Shown: positions 38,175-50,236 of the stretch, piece by piece
Position numbering within the stretch: position 1 is the stretch's first letter
Layout: each line of letters starts with the position of its first letter
From: Marsupella aquatica
Lineage: Eukaryota; Plantae; Marchantiophyta
Length of the DNA: 64,000 nt
Direction: 5' to 3'
Assembly (NCBI GenBank): GCA_973895155.1
Contig: OZ316891.1
Span: 18,873,048-18,937,047 of the forward strand
Notes under the pieces: model-generated
What the model saw: only the letters and a program-made list of their open reading frames with translations
Databases searched by the model: none
Told to the model about the DNA's origin: nothing
Translations under genes and position numbers: made by a program

Positions 38175-41100
38175 TGTGATGGGTACCCCGTCACGGGAAG
38201 TCACACATAACAGGTCGCAGAGGCCTTTGCATTGTTAATAGCCACTGTAAATAAGCCATTTTTTTAATTTTCAAGTTAATTCCATCCTTTCAAGTTGGTG
38301 CTGCCAGGAGGACTTTACTTTATTTTATTCTCTTCTCAGAATTGTTCTAAATGGTCACGGCAACCTAGGGGGGGAAAATAGGTGGCCTTGCCATTTCGCT
38401 TGAACCATTGTCAAGTTCCCCCTATAAGTCCAAGAGGTTAACTTTTCTTTTTGGGGTTAAATGGGTATAACCACAACAAGGGCCAAAAGAAGAGAATGAG
38501 TTCTTTTGAGAGGTTTAAAGTTTTTTGGAGTAAAGGGGCATTGAGGAAAGGGAGTGAAGAAGTCCATAAGGGGCAGCCCCGGTGGGCGCCACCTGGCATC
38601 TCCATAAGGGCAGCCGGGGCGCATGGCGAGAAGGAAGTGGGGGGGATTAAACCCCCTTAGGAGCCCGCGAGTAGGACCAAAACAGGAAGTGGGGGGTTTC
38701 TTTTAAAAGCCCTCCTAAGGAGAGCACAGTCGGGAGGAAGAACATGCCGGGAGGAAGCAGCGGCAAGCCCATAGGGCTGCGTGCCCAGGGCATTTAGGGC
38801 TCCCATGAGTGAGGAGGGCATAGGGCCGCGTGCCCGAGGTGGTTATGGCCCGGCGAGTTGGGCGAGGCGGGGAGCCACCCGCGAGTGGCAGGGAGCATCA
38901 GGGCCTGGGGAGGGCCATGTAAGGGGAGCAGCCGGGACCCCCGCGAGTAAGCCGGGACCATGGCACACCAAAGGCAACGCGCCCTGCATAGGGCCGCGCG
39001 CCATTAAACACGCCCCGCGAGGCAACCGCGAAGAAGGCGCAAAAGGGCCGCGAGGAAGGAAAAGGAGGGGGCAGCCGCGAGGAGGGAATAAGGCACTGGG
39101 GCGCAAGGCAAAAGGAGGTGTCGGGGTGTTTTTTTTGTTTTTTGGTTTTTTTTTCCTTCTTTTCTCCCTCTTTTGCACGATCCTCTCCTTGCCGAAAGCA
39201 AAACTCGAGCTGTCTCCCGACACCTTGCCAAAAGCTCTCTCCACATTCTAATTATTTTTTAAGCTCTCTCTCTCATGGTAGATTGGTGCCAGGACTTGGT
39301 GGTGTGATTCTTCCGGGCATTAGCGGCAGCAGCACGGAGTGGCTTCTGAGGGAATTGAGGGTAATTGATTGATCGGGATACGGGGGCCGTTTCGGGCCAG
39401 GGAATTGACATTGCTACAGGTGACAGGATTTGGTGATTGAGGATTTGATTTCTGGATGCATGGATGCTGGATCAACCGGAGTTTAGTGCGGCAAGCGTTC
39501 AGAGATACAAGGTTGCTTACCGTGACTACGTTGAGACATTGATTGCAAGAGAGAGAGAAGAGAGAGAAGCTACGATGAGTACTGGACTGGCGGCAAGTTC
39601 CGCACCGGTGATTAGGAAGGTTTTCCGTCGAATTTATCCCAAAACCTCCACCAAGGTGATGGAGGATTGTAGGAATATTTTTCAAGCCACCGGGCTCACG
39701 GAGTTCATGAAGGTGGAGATTACAATCCCTTCGGGGAAGAGTTGGAACATTGAGGTCGGGGTGGAGTTACGTACGGAAGGAATCTACTTTGAATGTCTCC
39801 AGCGGGTAGTGCCCCATGTGGAGTTAGCTAAGCTCCTATTTCTGGAGAACCAGCAATTCTCATTCACACCCCGAAACATAAGGGGAGAGCTCACGTTGAC
39901 AATGGTGGCCGGTTGGGTGATTAATCCCACCTCCACTACTTCCATTCCTCTTTCTGCCGTCAAGGATGCTGAGCACAAGGGATTTCTGGCCAAGGTTCAT
40001 CAACGGGTCCTTGGTAACGTGCAATCCGGGATGGTGAATGGAGAGCATTTTGTGGTAGCTATGGACATCAAGAACTATCCAGCCCATGTGTACGAATGGT
40101 GGCACTACGGGTTGAAGAAGCTATTGGACGCCGATTCCGGGAGTGTGAAACCAGGTGGGGCTGTACATTTGATGGGGTCATTTTTGCTAGCCAGAGCAGA
40201 AGGATGGATTATTTCCCCGGGAGAGGAAGACACTGGATCATCCCTTACCATGAAAATCAGGAGTATTGCCACTACCATCTTGGGGAAACTAACGGAGGGA
40301 TCATCGTCGGCGGTTGGTGATGATAATAGAGAGGAAGAAAACCAGGATGAGGACTCCACAATGGAGTGGCTTGAATCACTTGTGGAAGATCCGGAGGAGC
40401 CCCTGGTCTACGACATTCCTGATGTCTACCTGGCAGAGTTACCAGAATTCCGGGAGGGAGTCCATGAGGGACTCAAGCTAGTCCACGCATTGAGAGATTC
40501 TCTCAAGCAGGCCACCGCCAGAGTAGAGACTTTGGAGCAGAGTGCCCTGTCTATGAAGGAGGTGATCAAGGCCAAGGAGGAGGTGATCAAGGCCAAGGAG
40601 GAGGCCATTCATGAGAAGGTTAAACTTCTCCAAGCAGCTCATGTAGAGATCTCCAACTTGAAGGGAGCCTTGTCCTCCAAGGCCAAGGAAGCGAAAGAGG
40701 TTGGAGTATTGAGACAGGCATTGGCCAAAGAGAAGCAAAATTCTGGAGAAGTGGTGGAGTTAAGAGCCCAGTGGGAGCACTACGGAGTCAAATGGTGATC
40801 TTTGAGACAAGGGCTAAGAGGAGTGAGGCCTTGAGTCTGGGGAAACGGAAGAACCCCTGCACACCTAGCTCCACACTTTCCCCGGATTTGGTCTCCAGGG
40901 CCATTGAGATGGTGGTGAAGGAAGTCAGTGGGAAGTATGGACCCCTGTTGGATGCAGCCAAGAAGAGTCAAGAGAAGAGCAAGAGCTTAGAGAAGAAGCT
41001 CAGGGACGTACGTAAATCGTTACGAGAAGCTCAGGTCAACACGGGGACCCCAGGGATGCCACCCCGATCTGTCACCCCTGGGACTCCCATGGCCACCGGG

Positions 41101-42515
41101 CAGGTTTTATCGTTGGAGTTGCGGTCCGGTGAAGAGGCGGCCTTATGGAAGGACACCATTGGTGAGGGGTACATTAAGGCGTGGCAAGCCTTGGCCAATT
41201 TGAGGAAGCAGGGGAGCACTAGCACAAGTAGTACCCCGGTGAAAAAGAAGAGGAGTGAAGTGGCACTCACTCCAGTGGAGAGTGATGAGGAGGCCCACTC
41301 ACGGGGCTCAAGCCAGGGCACCGTGAGTGAAGAGAAGGAGGATTAGAGTGGTCGTACGGACGTGGTTGTACGGCCCCTTGACTTTCCAACTTTTTTGTGT
41401 GAAGAGGAGGAGGATTAGAGTGGTCGTACGGACGTAGTTGTACGGCCCCTTGACTTTCCAGCTTTTTTTTGAGCGGTCACTCATGGGCTTGTTGGAAAGA
41501 GCTCGTGGAACTGATTCCAACAAGAGGCGGCGATCCTCAAACGGAGCCAAGATGAGCAGGTTATGGCCCGGTGAAGTTGTGTTTACGGGATACTGAAACA
41601 GCCATAACTTGGTCGTCCAATGTCCGTTTCAAGAGCGGTTGAGTGCTTCATGATCAGGAGGAGGAGGGCTATCCAGGGGTGAACTCAGAAGTGCAAGTGG
41701 AAGGGCGCCTAGTTTCGGCCATTGTGGGGTTCCTTGCAATTTCACGGTTCACGGAGTAACGTTGGGGCGCCGTCGAAGGCACCATCGGCCCCATTTTTAG
41801 TTTATGGTTTAGAAGCATGTGTGTGTCTCATGGTTTTAGTTTAGGGGTTTCTTAGTGAAGGGTTTAGCGGCGCCGCTAGGGTAAGCCGCCATCGTTGTGG
41901 CCCCGTGAGGGGTGCTTTGGTGTGTTTTCTTGGTATTTAGGGGGAAAGCCCCGGAGTAGTTGGGGGGGAACTTAGTCTAGTGTTGGTGTTAGGGAAGTTA
42001 GCTCATAGCCTGAAGGGGAATTCAAGCCAGAGTAGTGAGGTAGAGGTGTAGCGCTTGCCCTAGTGAGGCAAGAGTTGGGCAGACGGCAGGAGGCTGGGTT
42101 GTCCTTGCAATGTGTTACCACTTTTTGCCAAAAGATATGGATTTGGTTTGATTCCTCAAGTTTTGGTGTGGCGTTATCTTTTTCGGCTCACAATTGTGTT
42201 CTTTCCCAAGAAGTGTCTAAGGAATACTTGCACGGATTGGTCGACTATGTGAGTAGGGGGGGTGGTGACAGCACTCCACCAGCGACCAGTAGGAGTGTGT
42301 GTGTGGCGTAGTCCATGGGACTTGATCAAAAGTAGAGGGGCTAGTCGGTAGACTTGATCAAAAATTACACTTCCAGGAGCGGAATCAAACATACTCATCC
42401 TACATGCAATAGAATCCTAATAGCGTCCCTCCACGTTTCTGTCATACGATAACAAACGATTTTAGTAGGAGGAAACACTTATTTGTTGTGTAAATCGTTT
42501 GATAAGCAGGTGACA
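38175..42515. mobile_element. 4.3-kb TG...CA insertion with 5-bp TSD (probable solo LTR) containing an ORF
   Basis: Starts tgtgat and ends gtgaca; TSD cgagg at 38170-38174 and 42516-42520; the host LTR sequence resumes exactly afterwards. Confidence 0.85.
39464..41346 (+). pseudogene. Retroelement accessory ORF (444 aa + 191 aa, frameshift ~40790) with acidic linker and long coiled coil
   Basis: Two overlapping long ORFs; heptad-rich region (KEVIKAKEEVIKAKEE); no gag or pol motifs. Confidence 0.6.
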
Positions 42516-42741
42516 CGAGGCGCTTGGTTGCTTGTGCAGACAATAAGGGCTGTTGAGTAGCAGTTGTGTTGGAGAGCAAGTGCAGCTTTGTATGGGAGGG
42601 GCCGCTGGTGGTGCAAGGGGCACAAGGTTGCTTTCTCGAGGTATTCTGTGCAGGCATTCGGACACCAGGGGCACTTAGGTGTGGGTGTTGGGATTGGTGA
42701 GGGTGCTGGGTGGCAAGCGGGGTGGCAAGGTCCACTACTTA

Positions 42742-42753
42742 TGGTATCAGAGC
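42742..42753 (+). promoter_or_regulatory. Primer binding site for tRNA-iMet
   Basis: TGGTATCAGAGC directly after the LTR end. Confidence 0.9.
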
Positions 42754-42884
42754 AATTGTTGGTATAGACATTGGGCTAGGGTTGTGCTATGTCGGAATCC
42801 AAAAATCTTAACGGATTTTTGCAAGGACTTAGTGCTTCAACGTGCCCGGCAGGTCGATTACGGGCAGATTTGATTATTGGAGAC

Positions 42885-43682
42885 ATGGCTAAAAACACTC
42901 GATCAAAGAGTGGCAAGCGGGCTCCCCCCGCCAAGGGGAGAGCCAAGTTCAAGAATAACAGAAGGAGGATGGGTCAACTTCCCTAGATGAACGTTACAAC
43001 CAGGACGATGAGGACGTGGCGGCCGAATCGTCGACCACCGCAGCAAACATGTCAACTACAAAGCGTCGTTGACTTAAAGGGAAGGAGGTGGCCAACCCTC
43101 CAGAGGACAGGTTAGGCAATGACGGCTCTAACTCAGATGGAAGCAACGACGGTTCAGAGGCTGAATTGGAGGAAGAGGGTCAGGACCCAAATGAAGAACT
43201 TAACCCAGCCTTAAGAGGGTTGGATGCAAAACCAAAGGATGATGTCAAGCCGGATGTCATCGTGGATAATTTGACCAAGTAGAACCAGGGCAATGCGGGT
43301 GATGCCTCAGCCCCGAGAGGTCAAGGTGCCCACAAGACGTGGGGGTATCACCAAAATCCATAAGTCAGAGAACCTAAGGACAGGCGCCCCACAAAGGAAA
43401 GGCGGTTGGAGGACCGTCCCCATACAACCCGCAAGGGCCCAGCCACTGATGATGGTTTGGGTCCGTTGACTCAAGACCAACGACTCATTTATGAGCAGTT
43501 GGAACACAACAAGGGGGCGAAGATTAAGTACTTACTTAGTTTGGGTAGTCAGAGTGTGACACGTCCCAAGGGGGGAATGGTAGTTGGACAGAATATGTTC
43601 CAAGTGAACCAGCTACCGACTCCTCCAACTTACGATTGGGGCTTATGAGCAAAGTGGACAAAAGTTCCTGAGTTGGCTCACC
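42885..43682 (+). pseudogene. Gag 5' remnant of element A, interrupted by the CACTA
   Basis: Degenerate ORF after the PBS; the reading ...QKFLSWLT joins TMEIH... at 54122. Confidence 0.6.
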
Positions 43683-44491
43683 CACTGGTACATATTTTGG
43701 CTTTTTCCGATGCTCTTCTTTCGGTCGGCAACACTTTCCGATACAGAGAAGATCGGTACTCTCCGGTTGTCCCCGCATCGGGGATTTACCATACATTCTA
43801 CATCGGACACATACTGTCCCATCCTATTAGAATCGAAAATAGTTTCCCATTTAAAAACTATCGGAGCATTTCCCATTCTACCTGCATCGGACAATGAGAC
43901 TGCCGCGACGCAAGAGGCGTCCGATAAATAAAATATCGCATGTTGGTTCCGATGAACTGAGGGACGAAAAATTTCCGATATTTTTGGAATCGGAAATGGG
44001 TTCCGACTTGTGTCCGAACCCATTACAAACGGACATCGTTTCCGATGTGGTAAAGATGGAAAAGTTTCCCGATACCTGTAGTATGGCATATTAGTTCCGT
44101 TTCTTTTAATATTAGAAATATCGGTTTTCAGTAGAGCCGGGGTTTTTTGAGGGTTTTATCATCTTCCTAGCTTCTGATTAAGGCATGTTGTGTTTCTGAT
44201 AGGTTTTTGACTCCATTTCCATTTGAAGTATGTGGGAACTCAACTAGGGTCAACTTGAAATGAATTGGAAGCTTTCATTTCATATGTATTAAAAGCACAA
44301 ATATATAGCCACAGCTAGAGCCTAGAGATTTAAGTGGTATATATAAGTAAAGTAACATGCAACAAAAAAATGGTAATGACAATGTAGATAACATATATAT
44401 GCCGAAAAAATCAATACATGGAGGGAAGTGGTCATTAATTAGGTCTAGCTAGTGCTAGCTACCTAGCTTTTACCATGAAATTCCTAAGTAG

Positions 44492-47400
44492 CTAGTTGTT
44501 CTCATTTTCCAAATCTTCCACAACAACTACATTTGGTTGTTCTTGGACTATGGATCTGGATCGTGGAATGTAAGGCATTACAATGGACCACTCAGGATCA
44601 TCTGGATAAGGGAGATAGAATGCCTGCTCAAGATTATGAGGAAATGCAAAAGGATCTGAGGCCCTCCAATTTGAGCTGATGACAGCCCCTGTCTTCAGTC
44701 GTGTGAAGCCGCAAGCATCCTCTTCACATGTTCGATTGTGGCCAACAAGATTCATCCGAAACCATTTGCACTTCAGCACCACCTCTTCCAATGTTGTATG
44801 CGCATGGTATTTTACAACAAGGATCTCCTCTATCTTTCCATAGTGAGCTATAGTAGAACGGATGGGATTTGTGTCAGATCTGCTACTTACAAAATCCTGG
44901 GTGAACCAACCCATCACCCCACAATCTTGTGTAGCTGCCCTCTTGTCATCAAGTCATTCCACACGAAAGTGTCTCCCCTTGGACCACATGGCAGTCCTGG
45001 TTGTAACTGTAAGTAGAGGTCCATGAACCAAGGTGCGCAACTTATCAGTCACCATTGGGAAGTGTGATACACTCTCCCCAGTAGCCACCAAGGCATCCAC
45101 TTCTAACAACTTCCCCTTCATGTACATGTGAAATTTGGGAAATAAGCGTGGTCGTCGATTATTGTGCTTATCCTCCTCATAAAATGTGGTCCACTCCCCA
45201 ACAATCTCTGGAGAGTTATACAACATGAATGCAGTGAGTTTAGTGTGCTCACTAGGGTCAAGAAGCCGTTCTCCCTTTGCACCTGTCAAACGGTCATCCT
45301 CATAGTCTGCTTCTCTTGATGCCTCATCTATCCACCCCCTTGGAGCATTTGAATCAAGTGTAGCAATAATGTTTGTACAATAAAACATGCTCTCTGCTCC
45401 AAGATGATGCTATGCAATGCTACCTTCCACCCTTGCGCGATTTGAAACATAGGACTTCATCACTCCCATGTACCGCTCTACCCAGTACATCCAACGACAA
45501 TGTACAGGGCCTGCAATACCAACCTCACGCACTAGATGTAGTAGAAAATGAACCTGACCATCAAAAAATGAAGGAGGAAGGGCCCTTTCAAGTTTGCACA
45601 CAACCTCCACTCCAAACACCTCCATTGCTGCAACCTCATCCTCGTTCACCTCCTTTTGACACACCCATCTCAACAACTTACCCAACGACCAAAGGGCATC
45701 ACGAAGATCCTCACTACCCAATCCAATAATAGCAATTGGAATAACATGTTGCAATAAGCGATGATAATCATGGGTCTTCAAGAAAGCTGGCCATTTTGGA
45801 GAGTCAAGTCCACCAAATGCCTTGCGAAGATTGGCACTATACCCTGTAGGAAATCGCATAGACCCTATGCGTTTGCGAAACTCGGTCCGCTCACCTCGTG
45901 TCAAAACCCAAGGAGGATGAATAGTAAGGGGGGCATTATCGGGATCCATAGATGGCCAAAAACCATGAGGGCCATGCATCCCCATCTCTTCACAACTCTC
46001 TCTCCAGTTGTTGTCTTTCTCTCCATATAGGTGGCGAATCAAGGACCTCCCAACATTTCCCTCAATGTGCATAGGGTCAAATAAATGGTTAAGTGGCATC
46101 TCAGCCCAATAAGGCAGTTGTGACAATGCAGACAAACAAGTCATGCCACACCGGGCATATTGCAATGGGTCATCTGGATTAGATACTCTCTCCCATACCT
46201 CTTTCCAATATGCACGATCTTTTGGAATAGGTTGTGGTCGTCTATCTGGTTGGCCATCCTCAGTGTCATATAAAAAGGGGTCTCTCCTCCAATCATGGTC
46301 TGGAGGGAGGTACTTGGTGTGACCAATATACACTATCTTCCTCAAGGTCTTTGACTTTGGCCGCGCTATTCCTTCCAAATCAGGTCCATAAGTTGGGCAA
46401 GCTCGATATCCTGATGTGGTCAGGCCAGAAATATATCCAAACCCTGCATATAAATATATATCCCATGCATAAGTAAATAAGTTTATTAAAAGATATATGT
46501 GCTTCTAGCTAACTCAATACATAACAAAGTATGCTAGGTACGGTTGCCTAGCTATGGGAAGGGATAATTTAACAAAGATTCATACCTGGAAGATCATGTA
46601 TGGTCCACATAAGAATGGCCTTCAACTTAAATTCTCGACGTAAGCCCCCCGTTTGCACTCGACCATCATAGCAATCCACACCACTCCAAAGCTTTTGTAG
46701 CTCCTCAATCAATGGTTGCAAGTACACATCAATTTTTTCACTTGCTTAGGACCAGGGATAATCATGGAAAGGAGAAAATGACCCTTCTTCATGGACATCC
46801 ATGGAGGGATGTTGTAATTAGTAAGGACCACTGGCCATAGTGAATATGGTTGGGCCTTACCTGCTAGTGCAAATGGGCTGATGCCATCCGCTGCCAATCC
46901 TAGGCGAACATGACGTGGGTCAGTTTGGAACTCACCCCATCTCTCCTCCACAAACTTGTTTGCAGGGGAGTCAACCATCATGCGCATGGTGGGTGGTTGT
47001 GAACTCATATCTGAGCGATTTTGGGAATGCCAAACCATATACTCAGCCAACTCAGCACATCTATATTGGTGGCGCAAACGAGGTATAAGAGGAAAGTACC
47101 TCATGACCTTCTGAGGAACTTTTCCCGTCAACATGTCCTCACAATACCTCGGCTTCTCACATGTAGGACATGACGTTGCATCTTTATAAGTGCCTCTAAA
47201 CAGAACGCAATCATTCACGCAAGCATGTATGACTTCGTACTGCAGACCTATGGACTTCAACACCTTCTTTGCCTCTTTCCAAGAGTCTGGCAAGTTGTTT
47301 CCTTCTGGCAAGATACAATCATGCAATGTCCGAAAGAGATCATCAAGAAGTAGGTTGCTTGCTCCATGTCTTTGCTACAAGTTCAACAAAAACATTATTG

Positions 47401-47758
47401 CTGAAAGACGAGACAAGCGTGATCCATCAAATATTCGAGTTTGCGCATGTTGACGTGCTTCCTCCCACTGTTTGGAGGCTGAACTCCTTGAACCTTCTTG
47501 ATGTGGAAGTGGGACCTCAATGTTCTCCCCATCAGCCATGTCATGATCACCATCCTCTATGTCATAGAATTGGTGCATCAAGTCATCCATGGCCCTATCT
47601 TCATCAACTCTTGATTGGGAGGCATCTGGTTCCTGCTCTGGAACATCCGGATCGCCATCTGGTGGTAGAGAGGCATGTCGCCAATCTTCCATGGCCTGCA
47701 CAAGGTGTTGGCGCATAGCTCGTGGTAACACCCCAACATCCGGCTCAACATATGCATT
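44492..47758 (-). pseudogene. CACTA TnpD-type transposase (Transposase_21 / DUF4218 / DUF4216 type), disrupted
   Basis: Motifs IHACVNDC, YFPLIPRL, LGLAADG, WPVVLTNYNIPPW, FDPMHIEGN, KTHDYH, PPSFFD, WMYWVER and HYGKIEEI. Intron 46586-46444; in-frame stops at 47375, 45410 and 44954; frameshift ~46735. Confidence 0.93.
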
Positions 47759-47867
47759 CTATCATACAACGCACAAAACAGATATATACGTTTGAGTTAG
47801 CCCATGGGTTCCTAAAAAAACTACAATATTCTTATATTACTTCAAAAATGGGGAATACACATATGTG

Positions 47868-49171
47868 CTAAGTGTGGCCAGATCGAAAGCCCATCGTGGG
47901 TGCGTTCCATTCATAGTCACAAAACAACTCATCACCCGCCCTAATGGTCCGTATGGCTACTGTCATAACATGATCATCCATATGTGTGACATAGTAAGGC
48001 GGAGTGGGTGGGCCAAAAATCTGAGCCCACTCTACATTAGGCTGGAGTCCACTCCCTCTACCATGTGTACTATTGATGTACCCAGCTATGTTATCTGAAT
48101 GGACAAGGTCCCCATCAATCATCCTACAATGCCAAGGCCTCCTTAGGACCTCATCTGGGTCTGAGTCCATCTGCAATGCATATACCCCCCAAGCTGGATG
48201 TTGGCGCAAGAGGATGTTCCAACTCTCGGATGTATACACAGGCCCAATGTAAGGGAAAAGGTGTTCCCCATCATAGCCATGACGCCAAGGCTTTGGAGGG
48301 ACCTCAATGTCCTCCAAAGCAAATAAGCCTAACCCAACCTCCCCGCCAAGGGTCGATGCCTTCACTATCCATTGTCGACCCCATATATGTACAGGGATGT
48401 CAATGGCTAGGCCACGAGGAATCACAAAACTCTCAGGGTCAAAATCCTTGAAGACACTGATTGCCTTTCCCGTCACATATGACAAGCCCAACCTCCCTTC
48501 AACTTCTATGTACTCCTCCCCTGGTGGAGGCATAACACTCCTTCTAAAGTGCTCATGGGATGGGTCTGTGTCTAGAACTACATGCTGTTGTCGACGTCTA
48601 TGAGAACGTGGTCTTGTGCGTAGAACCCTAGTAGGGGGCGGTGCATCATCCCTACCATGCCCCAACTCTACCACTATGGGTTCATGAACAACATCTGCCT
48701 GAACATGTGCGGGGGTACATGATTTCTCGGGGTCTTCAACTGATGATGCAAGCAACTGTCTAGCACCAGCTAGGAATGCATCATGCCATAGTTGACTAGA
48801 GACCAATGGAGGACGGGCCCTACAACGCACCTATTCAATCATAAACAAACAAAAATTAATACCTGTCTCCTAAAAGGTCTCAAACCAGCCAACTATTATG
48901 ATAGTGTATCATATATAGCGGAGTTCATGTCAAGAAATACCTGGCGAGCTGAATATCCCGGTAAATCACCCTCATGTCGACCATAGTTTTCGATGTGTTC
49001 AATGGACTGCCATGCTTGACGAACCACCAGTCCTTTACATCTAAGACACCAGCATGGAATAGGGCCTAATGGAGGGGGTGCTCGAGGCTGTTGAGGGGGA
49101 GGAGGAATGTCCCCCTCAGAGGAAGACAAGTCAGAGTCGGAATCTGTATCCAAACTCTCAGAAGTCGACAT
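47868..49171 (-). CDS. CACTA-borne SET-domain (lysine methyltransferase-like) protein fused to a transposase-associated zinc-finger exon
   Basis: Exon 49171-48941 (CWCLRC..HIENYG) spliced in phase 0 to exon 48830-47868. SET motifs GLGLFALEDI, YIGPVY, AGYINS..PNVEW and AIRTIRAGDELFCDY; open frame. Confidence 0.8.
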
Positions 49172-50236
49172 TGTCTGCCAATTACACACAAACAAGTCTT
49201 TACCAAAATGCAAGATTGATTCATCACCCTAACTTGAGGTAAACCCAAACAGGAAATATATAGTATGTTAATAATTTGTAGTGTTGGACTTAATTAGTAC
49301 CTGAATGATATCCGCGCTCTACAGTGCCTACTAGGCTCTAAGCCTTAGACTATATGCTAAGGCCAATCCAAAAAAACCTGCACATACAGGCTAGGTGGGG
49401 AAGTTGAAAGATGAGATGACATACATGCAAACCTAAGTAACAAACCAATAATTAATGAAATTAATAAAAATCAATGACGAGTTGGATGTCCAATTATAAA
49501 CTCCCACAAGTAACGCATATATCATGTCAAATATTTCCAATACATTTTGGAGGAGCATATATGTCATACCTTTTGGATGCGCGTACTCTCGCTGTGCATA
49601 ATGCATTGGCAAAAATAAACCCTACTAAGAAAACCAAGGAAAAGCAACGACCCGACCCTCCAAAAACAAAAAATACAAAACTGCACAAAACGGCACTAGA
49701 GTGTTAATTTAATTTGTGACTTCTTATAGTCCCCAAAAGTTGCACCATGCATATAGCATTGCCTCATGGTCAAAATGGGAATCATTTAAAATCAAACTGA
49801 AAATAGATCTGGGTACATACATTCAATGATCATCCATACCCACCAAAAAATAGTGTGCTAGCTTTGTCACGGCAACTGTACGTTGATATGCCCGTTTTGC
49901 GCCGCACACCTAATAAGCCCACAATATAGCATAATTAACCCCCAACTAACATAAAGGGGGTCATTATAGTATACATGGGATCCAAATGCCAAAGTCCAAA
50001 TGCCAAGGTCATGCGATTCACAAACCATCAGAAAATACATTGGGAGGGTTAAGTCCAATACTTTGGAGGAGGGGTCCGATACTAAGTCCGATTGACCTAG
50101 AATCGGAGTTTCCGATGCATAAAGTATCGGACGTTATGCATTTTGGGTTTTTAGGTCACCCGACTAAAGTGCGAGGGCACTCTAGTCGGGAAAAGCATCG
50201 GGAGCATTTCACGATACCTTTGCGGAGCTCGTAGCG

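Noticed and set aside
38781-39372. Overlapping GC-rich ORFs in the solo LTR
   Set aside because: Stop-poor GC-rich LTR sequence is open in several frames without coding signal.
48831-48862. Alternative 32-nt intron joining exon 1 to the SET exon
   Set aside because: Too short, and it lies beyond the in-frame stop at 48896; the 110-nt intron 48940-48831 fits better.
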